IMG/VR virus record: IMGVR_UViG_3300037484_000317
Length of the DNA stretch: 64,000 nucleotides
Reading direction: 5' to 3' (one strand)
Source of the DNA: a virus
Lineage: Duplodnaviria; Heunggongvirae; Uroviricota; Caudoviricetes
Part shown: one piece after another, positions 52,641-61,052 of the stretch
How the letters are laid out: each line of letters opens with the position of its first letter
How positions within the stretch are numbered: position 1 is the first letter of the stretch
Translations under genes and position numbers: made by a program
The notes under the pieces: model-generated
Told to the model about the DNA's origin: nothing
Seen by the model: only the letters and a program-made list of their open reading frames with translations
Databases searched by the model: none

Positions 52641-53322
52641 CAATGAGACACGAGAAGATCTTAGGTCTGCCCTAAGATCTGGAACCCTCAAGGCCCGCAC
52701 TGTAGACTCAGTGACAGGTTTGGTCTCTGACCGGCCAATCACCTCTGTCCTCCGTCACCACACCCCCCACAAGCCCTTAGTGCAAGTGACCTTAGTGAAC
52801 GGAGCCTCTGTGACGTGCACTGAGGATCACAGCCTATTTGAGCCTCAGGGAGTGGGGGTTGTCCCTGTGGCTGCCGGAGATCTTTGTGTTGGTTCCCCTA
52901 TCACTACTGTGAGGGGCGATAAAGCGGCATTTGAAGACACTGCGTCAGTGCTCCATCTCCCACCCGAAGAATACACCTACGATTTGTCAGTCCCAGGCCC
53001 ACAGAATTTCATGTTGTCAAATGGAATCCTGGCCCACAACTCATATTCCATCGGCGGAATTAGCTTGGACATTGAGAAGTCTTCCAAGTACGAGAGCCTC
53101 AAGCAGAACGCCGAGTCCCAGTTCGACAAAGCCACTGAGGCCAAGGCCCGAACTGTTAAATTCATCAGGGGATTGCAGCAGCCCAAGTACGGGATTGGCG
53201 TGCGAAGTGCATTTGGTCCAAATGTGGGTAGAGGGGTTTTGAGTCCTAGATCGTTCTTGGTTTTTCCTTTCATTCTAGGGGTTTTCAGTCTGCTATCTCA
53301 GTTCCATAGTGTGCTTTCCTAG
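52633..53322 (+). CDS. 136-aa C-intein fused to the C-part of the putative neck protein
   Basis: Block B TCTEDHSLF; block F YTYDLSVPG; block G ILAHN, followed by SYSIGGISLDIEKSSKYESLK. The ATG overlaps the upstream stop. Confidence 0.85.
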   Translation: MLDNETREDLRSALRSGTLKARTVDSVTGLVSDRPITSVLRHHTPHKPLVQVTLVNGASVTCTEDHSLFEPQGVGVVPVAAGDLCVGSPITTVRGDKAAFEDTASVLHLPPEEYTYDLSVPGPQNFMLSNGILAHNSYSIGGISLDIEKSSKYESLKQNAESQFDKATEAKARTVKFIRGLQQPKYGIGVRSAFGPNVGRGVLSPRSFLVFPFILGVFSLLSQFHSVLS

Positions 53323-53403
53323 CAAGCAGGTGTGTTTCTTCAACTCCCTCCTTCAGGAGCGTGCGGAGGTAGAAGCCTAGTGGGGCTATAGAAGGTCAAG
53401 GTC

Positions 53404-53721
53404 ATGGGACTCTCTGACAAGACTCTTCGATCTGCCTGCATCCGGCTAGCACAAGCCAACCTCGAACTCCGAGCCCACCTTCTCCCTTTGCTCACTGGAG
53501 TCAAGGTCGCTGGGGGGGCATCCCTGTTCAAGGAGTTCATGGCGGAGTTGGAGATCATCCGCCGAATGGGGAAGATTCTCGATACCCACCGTGCCTTTGG
53601 TTCCCGTGATACCGAGCCCGAGGGCGTCGTAATCGACGTACTTGAGAGCTACTTGAAGCTCTATCTGTATCGTGGGGACTTCCCAAAGACCTACGACTCT
53701 CTGGACCGTGGGTACCTGTGA
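53404..53721 (+). CDS. Leader-family protein 4
   Basis: MGLSDKTLRSACIRLAQANLELRAHLLPLL. Confidence 0.72.
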   Translation: MGLSDKTLRSACIRLAQANLELRAHLLPLLTGVKVAGGASLFKEFMAELEIIRRMGKILDTHRAFGSRDTEPEGVVIDVLESYLKLYLYRGDFPKTYDSLDRGYL

Positions 53722-53724
53722 GTC

Positions 53725-55032
53725 ATGGGACTCTGGGATGACGCACTTGGGGATGTTCGGCAGTTCAACAAACTGCACGCACAGGTCGAACGTTCTGCGG
53801 ATACAGTGACATTGCGCAAGTCCCTACGGGGCATGAGCAAGCTAGTCCAGTTCCAAATCTGGGTGAAGAAGTGTTGCACCCCAGACACGTACGCGTCGTA
53901 CTTGGACTCTGCGCGCGAGATGACTCGTCTGGTCAAGGAACCCACTGCGGGGGATGAGGCGCTCCGCGCTTCTATCGAACGTGTTATGCAGGAGGTGCGG
54001 AAGGCACTTGCCAGTACGGCGCACGAGACGTTCAACTACTCAGGCTTCCACATTTGGAATCCGGAGCGTTTTGCGGAAGTGCTGTGCATGAAGACCCTCA
54101 GGGGCCTGGACTACCTCAGGGGGCTCCTTCGGAAGCGTGGGGTAGAGAACCTGATCGAAGGGGCAGTGTCCCAAGTCAATCTCGTCCTGGACGCAGGGGC
54201 CACCGCATTCTTCCACTCCACGACAAGGGAGCTGACCCTCTCTGTTCCAGAGCTGTCTGGGGAAAAGCCCAGCAGGATTGTGGACAGCTTTGCAGGGGAG
54301 ACTGTCCTGCACGAGTTCGGTCACTACGTGCATCGTGTCTTTCTCAAGGGAGAGGCGGCAGAGGCGTGGAATGCCCCTTGGGAAGGGATAGCGGATGCTG
54401 CCGAATGGAAGAGGCCGACAGAGGGCGCACGTGACCCACGGCTTGAGGCCCTAGAGATCCCTACTGACTACGGGCGCACTGACAAGTACGAGGACTTCGC
54501 AGAGACCTTCATGCTGTTCGTAGCCTCCCCCGAGAAGCTCTCCCCCACAGCCAAGTTCAGGATGCAGCGAGCCCTGTCCCTCTCAGGACTCTACGGCAAG
54601 CCTGTGATGCGCCTTGCTGAACTCAATGACCGTGTAGTCCGGCGGTACACATCCGCGTCACGGGCGAAGATGCCAGTCGGGTCAAAGACACCCTATCTGT
54701 TCAATCTAGACCCGCACGCACTTGTTTTCACTGAGACAGGACAGGATAACGTGTCCACGTACGAGGGAGATCGGTCAAAGCCGATCCTCGTGTATGAGGA
54801 CAAGGAAGGCAACCTGTTTGTTTTGGATGGGCATCACCGAACGTTGATCGCTCGCAAAGAAAACAGGCGAGTACGTGGCGTCGTGATGCCAGAACATGTG
54901 TACCGGAAGTTCGTGCGCGAAGGTGTCCATCAATCAGAGATGTTTCGCGAGTTCGCACGATACTCATCAGAGCATCGGGACATGGTGGGGTCCGTGGTCC
55001 GACGGTACGCGGGCGTCAAACCCCAAGCATAA
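53725..55032 (+). CDS. Zincin (HExxH...E, anthrax-LF-like) peptidase fused to a ParB/Srx-like domain
   Basis: VLHEFGH and YEDFAETF; C-terminal LFVLDGHHR. Confidence 0.65.
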   Translation: MGLWDDALGDVRQFNKLHAQVERSADTVTLRKSLRGMSKLVQFQIWVKKCCTPDTYASYLDSAREMTRLVKEPTAGDEALRASIERVMQEVRKALASTAHETFNYSGFHIWNPERFAEVLCMKTLRGLDYLRGLLRKRGVENLIEGAVSQVNLVLDAGATAFFHSTTRELTLSVPELSGEKPSRIVDSFAGETVLHEFGHYVHRVFLKGEAAEAWNAPWEGIADAAEWKRPTEGARDPRLEALEIPTDYGRTDKYEDFAETFMLFVASPEKLSPTAKFRMQRALSLSGLYGKPVMRLAELNDRVVRRYTSASRAKMPVGSKTPYLFNLDPHALVFTETGQDNVSTYEGDRSKPILVYEDKEGNLFVLDGHHRTLIARKENRRVRGVVMPEHVYRKFVREGVHQSEMFREFARYSSEHRDMVGSVVRRYAGVKPQA

Positions 55033-55411
55033 CGTACTCGCCGCGCCAGCCGAGATCTTCGTCCCACCGGGCTTCGCCCCGTGCTTCCATCTTCTTGAAG
55101 AGGCCCTCCAGCTGATCGGAGACAATGCCACTTGAAGAAAGTGGGAGGTGGAACACCCGCATGCACTTCTGGTGAGCGGCGAGAATCAGGGCTCGTCCAA
55201 TCTCTTGACGTTGGTACTCCGGCAGGACCCAGATTTCTCCGATAGGACACGAGGGCCCTGACTGCCCCCAGGTGAGCTGCCCCACTCGCTTGCGTCCGGA
55301 GAACGCTGCAACCGTGTACATGCCTCCTACGGGCGCTACGGTGCGTACGACGACACGCTTTTGAGAGTCAGCGTAGCGGGCGGCGACTCGTATGGGACTA
55401 GCGTGAGTCAT
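55016..55411 (-). CDS. GNAT acetyltransferase-like protein with an IRVAARY N-terminal motif
   Basis: IWVLPEYQRQEIGRALI resembles GNAT motif A. Confidence 0.6.
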   Translation of the reverse strand: MTHASPIRVAARYADSQKRVVVRTVAPVGGMYTVAAFSGRKRVGQLTWGQSGPSCPIGEIWVLPEYQRQEIGRALILAAHQKCMRVFHLPLSSSGIVSDQLEGLFKKMEARGEARWDEDLGWRGEYVMLGV

Positions 55412-55428
55412 TCGCGCCAGTGTGAGTC

Positions 55429-56208
55429 TCAGTCTACGAGAGTCCTGCTGGGACCGCCCGTGCTATCGAGCACGTTGCCCTCAAGCTCGGCCAGGAGATC
55501 AACGGCCTTGTCCAGTACCCTGCTTACGGCCATGTTCCGAAGTCCGTACTTGGCGAAAGCTGTGCACGAATCAAGGAGCTGGAGGAACGTAATCTGCACG
55601 TCCTCCTGTGCCTGCACGGCCATCACAAGCTCAAGAGCATCCTTCTTGATGTAGTTGACCTGCATCGCGCCCACGCCGGCCGTCTTGAGGTCTGCTGTCT
55701 TGAGGATCTTCGTCAGGGCCGTGTCGATCTTCTTCAAGTGCTTGACCGCATCCGCGTCGTTCCCGTAGGCCGAAGCGTGGTCAATCTGCATCTTGATTTC
55801 CTTTTGGGCCTTCTCGGCGACGTCACGAGGCACTTCCTTGCCGGAAGTGAAGAACGATCCGGCGGAGTTGATGCCCGGTGTCTTTGGTCCCTGCCACTGC
55901 TGTAGGTCACCACCAAGGGCCTCGGTGCCCTTGACGTGAGTGGACTTTGCACCCTCGCTCTTGGCGCCTTCCGGCTTGCCTTCCGGCTTGCCTTCTGGCT
56001 TCTCTTCCTTGCCACCCGCAGGCTTCCCGCTCTTGGGCTTAACTGAGTGACTCTTAGGGTCTGCGTTCGGGTGCTCATGCAGGTAATCACGCATAGCTTC
56101 TGGCGTATTGAACACCATCGCCTGCTTGAGCAGCGGAAGAAGGTGCGGCCGTAGCTCCGGCTGGGCATGGGCAAGGCGGATGAGCTTGGAGCGAAGTACC
56201 TGTGACAT
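55429..56208 (-). CDS. Leader-family protein 5
   Basis: MSQVLRSKLIRLAHAQPELRPHLLPLLKQA. Confidence 0.78.
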   Translation of the reverse strand: MSQVLRSKLIRLAHAQPELRPHLLPLLKQAMVFNTPEAMRDYLHEHPNADPKSHSVKPKSGKPAGGKEEKPEGKPEGKPEGAKSEGAKSTHVKGTEALGGDLQQWQGPKTPGINSAGSFFTSGKEVPRDVAEKAQKEIKMQIDHASAYGNDADAVKHLKKIDTALTKILKTADLKTAGVGAMQVNYIKKDALELVMAVQAQEDVQITFLQLLDSCTAFAKYGLRNMAVSRVLDKAVDLLAELEGNVLDSTGGPSRTLVD

Positions 56209-56250
56209 ATCTTTCGTTGCGTATAGGGAGGTTAAGGCGTAACAGCCATC

Positions 56251-57267
56251 GTGACTGTCCCGATTACCAAGCTGATATCTCCAGAGGATTTAGTATCCGA
56301 TTACAGGATGGCTCTGAGTGTTTTCCAGGAACTCGTTGAAGATTTGCGCACCCCAAAGAGGGGGCAAACTGCACTTTTCAGCCGCCACGGACTCAATCCG
56401 ACCATAGTCAGTGGAAGAAAGTTGGTGGAATGGGTGCTTCAGACGCGAGCAATTCCCTCGGGGGAAGAGAGATTCCTGGAGACCGTGGCCAGAATCTTCG
56501 GGACAATCAAGTCTGCCCCTCGAAATCCGATTGTCTGGTACGACAAGAACCGCCCGTGGCTGCTGTATCTCCTGAAGGCTGCGGAATGGGGGAAGCGAGA
56601 GGCAGTACAAGAAGTAGCTACCGTTGGATCCTTCCGGGTCCACAACACAATCGGGGCTGACGAAAAGCAATTTGCTACGATTCAGGCCTTGTTCGCGGAC
56701 GCGGAGGTGGCCTTGTTTTCGACTCTTGATTTTCGGAAGACACTCTATGGAGATGTCTTTGTAGTCGGGCAGATTAGGCAGATGAGCACCCTCGCCTGGT
56801 ACTCAATGAAGGAAGATGACGTGTACATCCGATCACTTTCCCAGAGGGGAGTGGATGACCTGCTGAACTTGATTCATGAATTGGGGCACAGACATTGGTA
56901 CCGGTTCACAAATCCTAGTCAACGCCGAGCGATTTCCCGTCTCTACGTCAAGCTTCGTAGTGCATCCTCAGTGTCTGTGAAACTCCCGAAGGTTGGGGAC
57001 CCCATGCCGGTTCCAATCAGTGGGTTGAGGACGGTGCCCACCATCATTGGATATGATGGGACCAGGTACCACCTTTCCTCCGGTGGATCTGTGCCAGCTC
57101 GATCCGTGAGCAATATTCTCCACACCCAACAAATACGCGAGAAGTTTCCTACCGCCTATTCCATGACGAACATCTACGAGTTCTTTGCCGAGTGCTTTGC
57201 TCTTTTCACCCTCAAGAGACTCTCTCCTGAGCTGGCTGCGGAGTTCGAGGCGGCACTCACTGAGTAG
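56251..57267 (+). CDS. Zincin (HExxH...E) peptidase-like protein
   Basis: LIHELGHRHW and IYEFFAECF. Confidence 0.6.
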   Translation: MTVPITKLISPEDLVSDYRMALSVFQELVEDLRTPKRGQTALFSRHGLNPTIVSGRKLVEWVLQTRAIPSGEERFLETVARIFGTIKSAPRNPIVWYDKNRPWLLYLLKAAEWGKREAVQEVATVGSFRVHNTIGADEKQFATIQALFADAEVALFSTLDFRKTLYGDVFVVGQIRQMSTLAWYSMKEDDVYIRSLSQRGVDDLLNLIHELGHRHWYRFTNPSQRRAISRLYVKLRSASSVSVKLPKVGDPMPVPISGLRTVPTIIGYDGTRYHLSSGGSVPARSVSNILHTQQIREKFPTAYSMTNIYEFFAECFALFTLKRLSPELAAEFEAALTE

Positions 57268-57303
57268 CACCTCTGCGCATCTAGTCTATAGCCCACACTC
57301 CAC

Positions 57304-57870
57304 GTGGGTATCCAGTGTTTTATGATCGTGGAGACGGCACGTACACAACTCTCATTGCGCCGATACAGCAATGAGGGGGTATGCCCTCTCACCCATAGCT
57401 ACCACAATGAGAGCAAGCCGCTTGGAGTAGTATCTACCATCTACGGTGTGTCTGGCGGACGGCGTGTGATTGAACCTCGTCCAGAACAGATTGCCCACGA
57501 TGACCCTCGGTGGCCCGTGCAGTGCGCTTGTGGGGAGCCATTCACCGAAAAGGATACCTGGCAGATCTTCCAAGACGGCATTTGGAGCCGACCAGACACC
57601 GGCGAGGAACTGACCCTACGCCAGTGGCAGAAGGTCCCTGGGGCCATGTGGGACGCGTGGTGGTATCACACTACGTGGGTGGGTCCGGATGGCCTCTCCC
57701 TCGTAGTAGCCCTGCCAGACGGGCGCGAGTGGCTAATGGATGGCCCTGCGAAGGGGAGCAATCGACCTTGGACTCGGACTGGAGTCCCACCCATAGTGAC
57801 GGCTACCCCGTCAATCCTTACGCCTGGATATCACGGGTGGTTGAGGGACGGTGTATTGGTCCCCTGTTGA
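57304..57870 (+). CDS. DUF6527-like protein
   Basis: WTRTGVPPIVTATPSIL...YHGWLRDG pattern. Confidence 0.45.
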   Translation: MGIQCFMIVETARTQLSLRRYSNEGVCPLTHSYHNESKPLGVVSTIYGVSGGRRVIEPRPEQIAHDDPRWPVQCACGEPFTEKDTWQIFQDGIWSRPDTGEELTLRQWQKVPGAMWDAWWYHTTWVGPDGLSLVVALPDGREWLMDGPAKGSNRPWTRTGVPPIVTATPSILTPGYHGWLRDGVLVPC

Positions 57871-57893
57871 CTAGCCTATCTTTCAGAGCTGGT

Positions 57894-58184
57894 ATGACCT
57901 CGAAGCTTCGTTCGGCTACGATTCGATTAGCCTACGCCAATCCCGAGATTCGTTCGCACCTGTTGCCGCTTTTGAAGGTAGCAAGTCATCTACAGGTTGG
58001 GGATACAGTCACAGTTCTTGCGGGAACTCGTGTAGGTATGGGGAAGCTGAAGGCTGCTGTGAAAGCGGTCATAGATGCAAAGCAGGTGAGCGATCAGGGT
58101 GGTACTTTCTACGGTGTTGGGTGGACGGATCCACGAACCGGAAAGCAACGCCATACCTGGGTCGCATCATCTCAGCTTGCCTAA
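57894..58184 (+). CDS. Leader-family protein 6
   Basis: MTSKLRSATIRLAYANPEIRSHLLPLLKVA. Confidence 0.75.
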   Translation: MTSKLRSATIRLAYANPEIRSHLLPLLKVASHLQVGDTVTVLAGTRVGMGKLKAAVKAVIDAKQVSDQGGTFYGVGWTDPRTGKQRHTWVASSQLA

Positions 58185-58222
58185 ACTCATTCTCTCTGGT
58201 CTCTGTCACAAAGGACAATCCC

Positions 58223-58339
58223 ATGCCTGATCTCAAGACTCCTGTCGGTTTCCTTGCCTGGACCATTGGTTTACTCGCGTTTTCCCTTGTAGCCAGAATC
58301 GGCTGGGAAATCGGGGGCAAGCTCTGGGGTCTCTTCTGA
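58223..58339 (+). CDS. Small single-TM protein (38 aa)
   Basis: AAGGA RBS; hydrophobic GFLAWTIGLLAFSLVA. Confidence 0.5.
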   Translation: MPDLKTPVGFLAWTIGLLAFSLVARIGWEIGGKLWGLF

Positions 58340-58363
58340 TTTGCCTATCGGTGTGAGATGTGT

Positions 58364-59143
58364 ATGACTGACGCGAAGCTTCGTTCATCCCTGATTCGAC
58401 TGGCTCACAGCAAGCCGGAGCTTCGTGCTCAATTGCTTCCAATCCTGAAGACAGCGGCTCTTCCAAAGGCCCCCAAGCTACCTAGTGGGGCTCGACAACT
58501 TGGGGTGGATGCACAGGCTCTTTTAGACGGTGAGGGTGACCTCAATACCGCGAAGAGCCAAGCGAACGAAGTCGCGAAGAAGTATCATCACTCAAAGAGC
58601 CCTAAGGATGAACGGGTAGCTCTTGCCGTCTACTTCCTGGACTTGGGAAAAGAGCTGTCGAAGCACAGTGGGGATCCGGCTGCGCTTGGGAAAGTGCTAC
58701 TCTCCATGGGTAAGGACTTGAACGATCTCACAGAGCACTTCGATGAGCAGGGTTGGACACCAAAGTCAGCTGGCAAGACTGCGGGTCGGTTCTTCAACCG
58801 CAAGAATCCCAACACCGGACCCGTCTCGGAGGCCGTAGAGGCACTCAATGCCTTGGCCGCTAGCGCGAATCTCCCTGTTCGATGGGAAGACGTCAACGAA
58901 CATGAGAAGCCCGTGCCTATCCCAAGGGGATTTGAATCCCTCTGGGATTCTCTCATGATCACAGTTTCCTGGGACAGGTATTCACAGTACGCAGATGTGA
59001 GTTGGTCTTACACTCACCCAGGCGGTGGCTCCAATGGCGTCCCCATCGGTAACATCATTTGGATGGGAGAAGCTGGTAGATGGGGTTGGCGAAATGCAGC
59101 CAGTAAGAAGCACGGCTACGTCGCTCCCGCAGATATCCGATGA
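58364..59143 (+). CDS. Leader-family protein 7
   Basis: MTDAKLRSSLIRLAHSKPELRAQLLPILKTAA. Confidence 0.78.
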   Translation: MTDAKLRSSLIRLAHSKPELRAQLLPILKTAALPKAPKLPSGARQLGVDAQALLDGEGDLNTAKSQANEVAKKYHHSKSPKDERVALAVYFLDLGKELSKHSGDPAALGKVLLSMGKDLNDLTEHFDEQGWTPKSAGKTAGRFFNRKNPNTGPVSEAVEALNALAASANLPVRWEDVNEHEKPVPIPRGFESLWDSLMITVSWDRYSQYADVSWSYTHPGGGSNGVPIGNIIWMGEAGRWGWRNAASKKHGYVAPADIR

Positions 59144-59475
59144 AGTCCGCTCGCACGGGGAACCGTCCAGGTCAGATGGAGCTTCGTGGACCTGCGGACT
59201 CGTTCGGGGACTCGTGGAGTGTCACCTCTCTGGGTGCCCCAACTGAGAAGGACTTAGAAGTGGCGCACCATCTTGAAGATTCGGCCATAGAGGAGTCGGC
59301 GCGTAGGTTGGCTTCTGCGCTGATGGTTGCATCGGCTCTGAGAGTAGCGGGAAGGTACGAGCGGGGCGCCGAACTACAGCTCGCAATGAAGGCGCTTAAG
59401 GACGCTCAGATTGTTGAGCACACTGCTCGGGCCGCTAACGAGGTTCGTCGACTGTCGAATCGGAACGCTTCTTAG
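59140..59475 (+). CDS. Hypothetical protein with an LRVAGRY motif
   Basis: ESARRLASALMVASALRVAGRY. Confidence 0.55.
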   Translation: MKSARTGNRPGQMELRGPADSFGDSWSVTSLGAPTEKDLEVAHHLEDSAIEESARRLASALMVASALRVAGRYERGAELQLAMKALKDAQIVEHTARAANEVRRLSNRNAS

Positions 59476-60025
59476 CTTCTGATTCGGATCTCCAGCGTTT
59501 GATGTTCTCGACTGCTCTGGCAATCATGGCAGGAACATCTTCCCCTTGATCCGTGAGGCGTTGCATTGCTCGATCAAAAGGCTCTGCCTGTTCCTGAGTA
59601 GGCACTGAGGTCAGGGCAAACTCTATGGACGGAGCGTTTGCGATTGGGGTGTTTACTGCCTTCAATTTCTTTTCCATGTAGCGTTTGTTGGCCCTTGCTG
59701 CGCGTCGGCGCAAGTGTTCTTCCCATTCCATGGGTGGTTTTCTTGAAGCGGGTGATGGTTCGGTGTCTTCAAGCTCGGTGCCGACCATTCGGTGGCAAGC
59801 GATGAGTTTCACATCGTAGTCGATACGATCGACGAACGGATTCTCTTCGTCCAAGTAGCTTGGAATTTCATCGCAGAGTAGTGCCCACAACCAGGGATCT
59901 GTTCCAGGTACGAGGGTGGCATACCGCTTCCCTCGTCGATGATACTTCTGCCTTTTGGGGAGTCGAAACCCACGATCCTTGAGTCCGCTTCCCCGATATG
60001 GATAAGTCACAGAGCCTCTCGGCAC
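59435..60025 (-). CDS. Hypothetical protein
   Basis: 196-aa minus-strand ORF; start uncertain. Confidence 0.45.
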   Translation of the reverse strand: MPRGSVTYPYRGSGLKDRGFRLPKRQKYHRRGKRYATLVPGTDPWLWALLCDEIPSYLDEENPFVDRIDYDVKLIACHRMVGTELEDTEPSPASRKPPMEWEEHLRRRAARANKRYMEKKLKAVNTPIANAPSIEFALTSVPTQEQAEPFDRAMQRLTDQGEDVPAMIARAVENIKRWRSESEAKKRSDSTVDEPR

Positions 60026-60155
60026 TCACGTTGACCACTTTGACGGGTCCTGCGCTCAATCGCCCGGTCATTGCGGCGTCGGTTCTTGGCCTTGCTGACA
60101 AGTCCCCATGACTTGTAGGAACCCCCTGCAATCCGTTCCTTGCGTCCGATGTCCA

Positions 60156-60467
60156 CTAGAATTCGTCCTTCGAGAATTTCACGATGACTCGTGTGCCAGA
60201 ACACAGGGTGATAATGTCTCCGCTACGTAGGTTCTGTTGCTGGATCTTTTTGCCCATGAGAATTGTACCCCACCCGGAGCCCAGGTCAATGAGTACCGCA
60301 TCGTTCTGATTCTTCACTACAATGAGGGCGTGTCTGGATGCCACCCGTGCGTCGTCAAAGAGCAAGTCGCTCTGCGGGGCAGTGCCGATTCGGATCTCGG
60401 TGTCCGTAACGATGTCCACGATTCGCTCGGGGCACCCGTACTCCTGAATCCTGAACTGGAATATCAT
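60156..60467 (-). CDS. FHA-domain protein
   Basis: IRIGT..QSDL.FDD..VASRHALI...LIDLGS..GT.......LRSGDII. Confidence 0.75.
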   Translation of the reverse strand: MIFQFRIQEYGCPERIVDIVTDTEIRIGTAPQSDLLFDDARVASRHALIVVKNQNDAVLIDLGSGWGTILMGKKIQQQNLRSGDIITLCSGTRVIVKFSKDEF

Positions 60468-60637
60468 GGCGCTTCCTCAGGAGTTGGGACGACTGTGACG
60501 AGCTGTGTCCCATCGGGCAACGTTTGCTCGATGCATACAGCAATGCACTCACTACAATGCTGGATCATCAAACGGCCTCTATCACCGTGCAGGTACAGGT
60601 CACCGTTACTCCAGCGATGCTCTTTGCAAAACACGGG

Positions 60638-60928
60638 TCACTCTTCTTTCGGGGCAGCCTTGAACTTCTGGGCGTTGGGGATCTTGGGGATGGGCATACC
60701 GGGACGCCAATCGGGCTGGACTTCTCGGATGCGGCAGATCCAACAAACCTTTCCCTCACCTCGTACATTCATCGACGAGATGCTCCCGGGCCACCACCAG
60801 TTAACAGAGAGCCACATGGCCCGAACCTTCTTGCACCGAGCGCAACGCGACCTACTTGATCGCCGATTTGGTAGATTGATGTGTTCTCGCGCCATGTGTT
60901 CGTCCCTCACCGCAGTAACGAGCGGCAT
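60638..60928 (-). CDS. Hypothetical Cys-containing protein
   Basis: TAAGGTGAGG RBS 5' of the ATG; CARC and CWIC pairs. Confidence 0.5.
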   Translation of the reverse strand: MPLVTAVRDEHMAREHINLPNRRSSRSRCARCKKVRAMWLSVNWWWPGSISSMNVRGEGKVCWICRIREVQPDWRPGMPIPKIPNAQKFKAAPKEE

Positions 60929-61052
60929 GCCTCACCTTACACGTTTGACCTCAGGTAGAAAATCTTGCACCGATTCCTGGACGTGGTGGGATCCTGTGCT
61001 AAGAGTTCGCCCTTCCCCACTTCAGTGGGCTCTGAAAGGCGTAAGGTACTGC

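Noticed and set aside
60237-61052. Upstream 272 codons of the 354-aa ORF 60237-61301
   Set aside because: They overlap minus-strand genes and read as non-protein-like. The signal peptide and RBS-like element place the real start at 61053.
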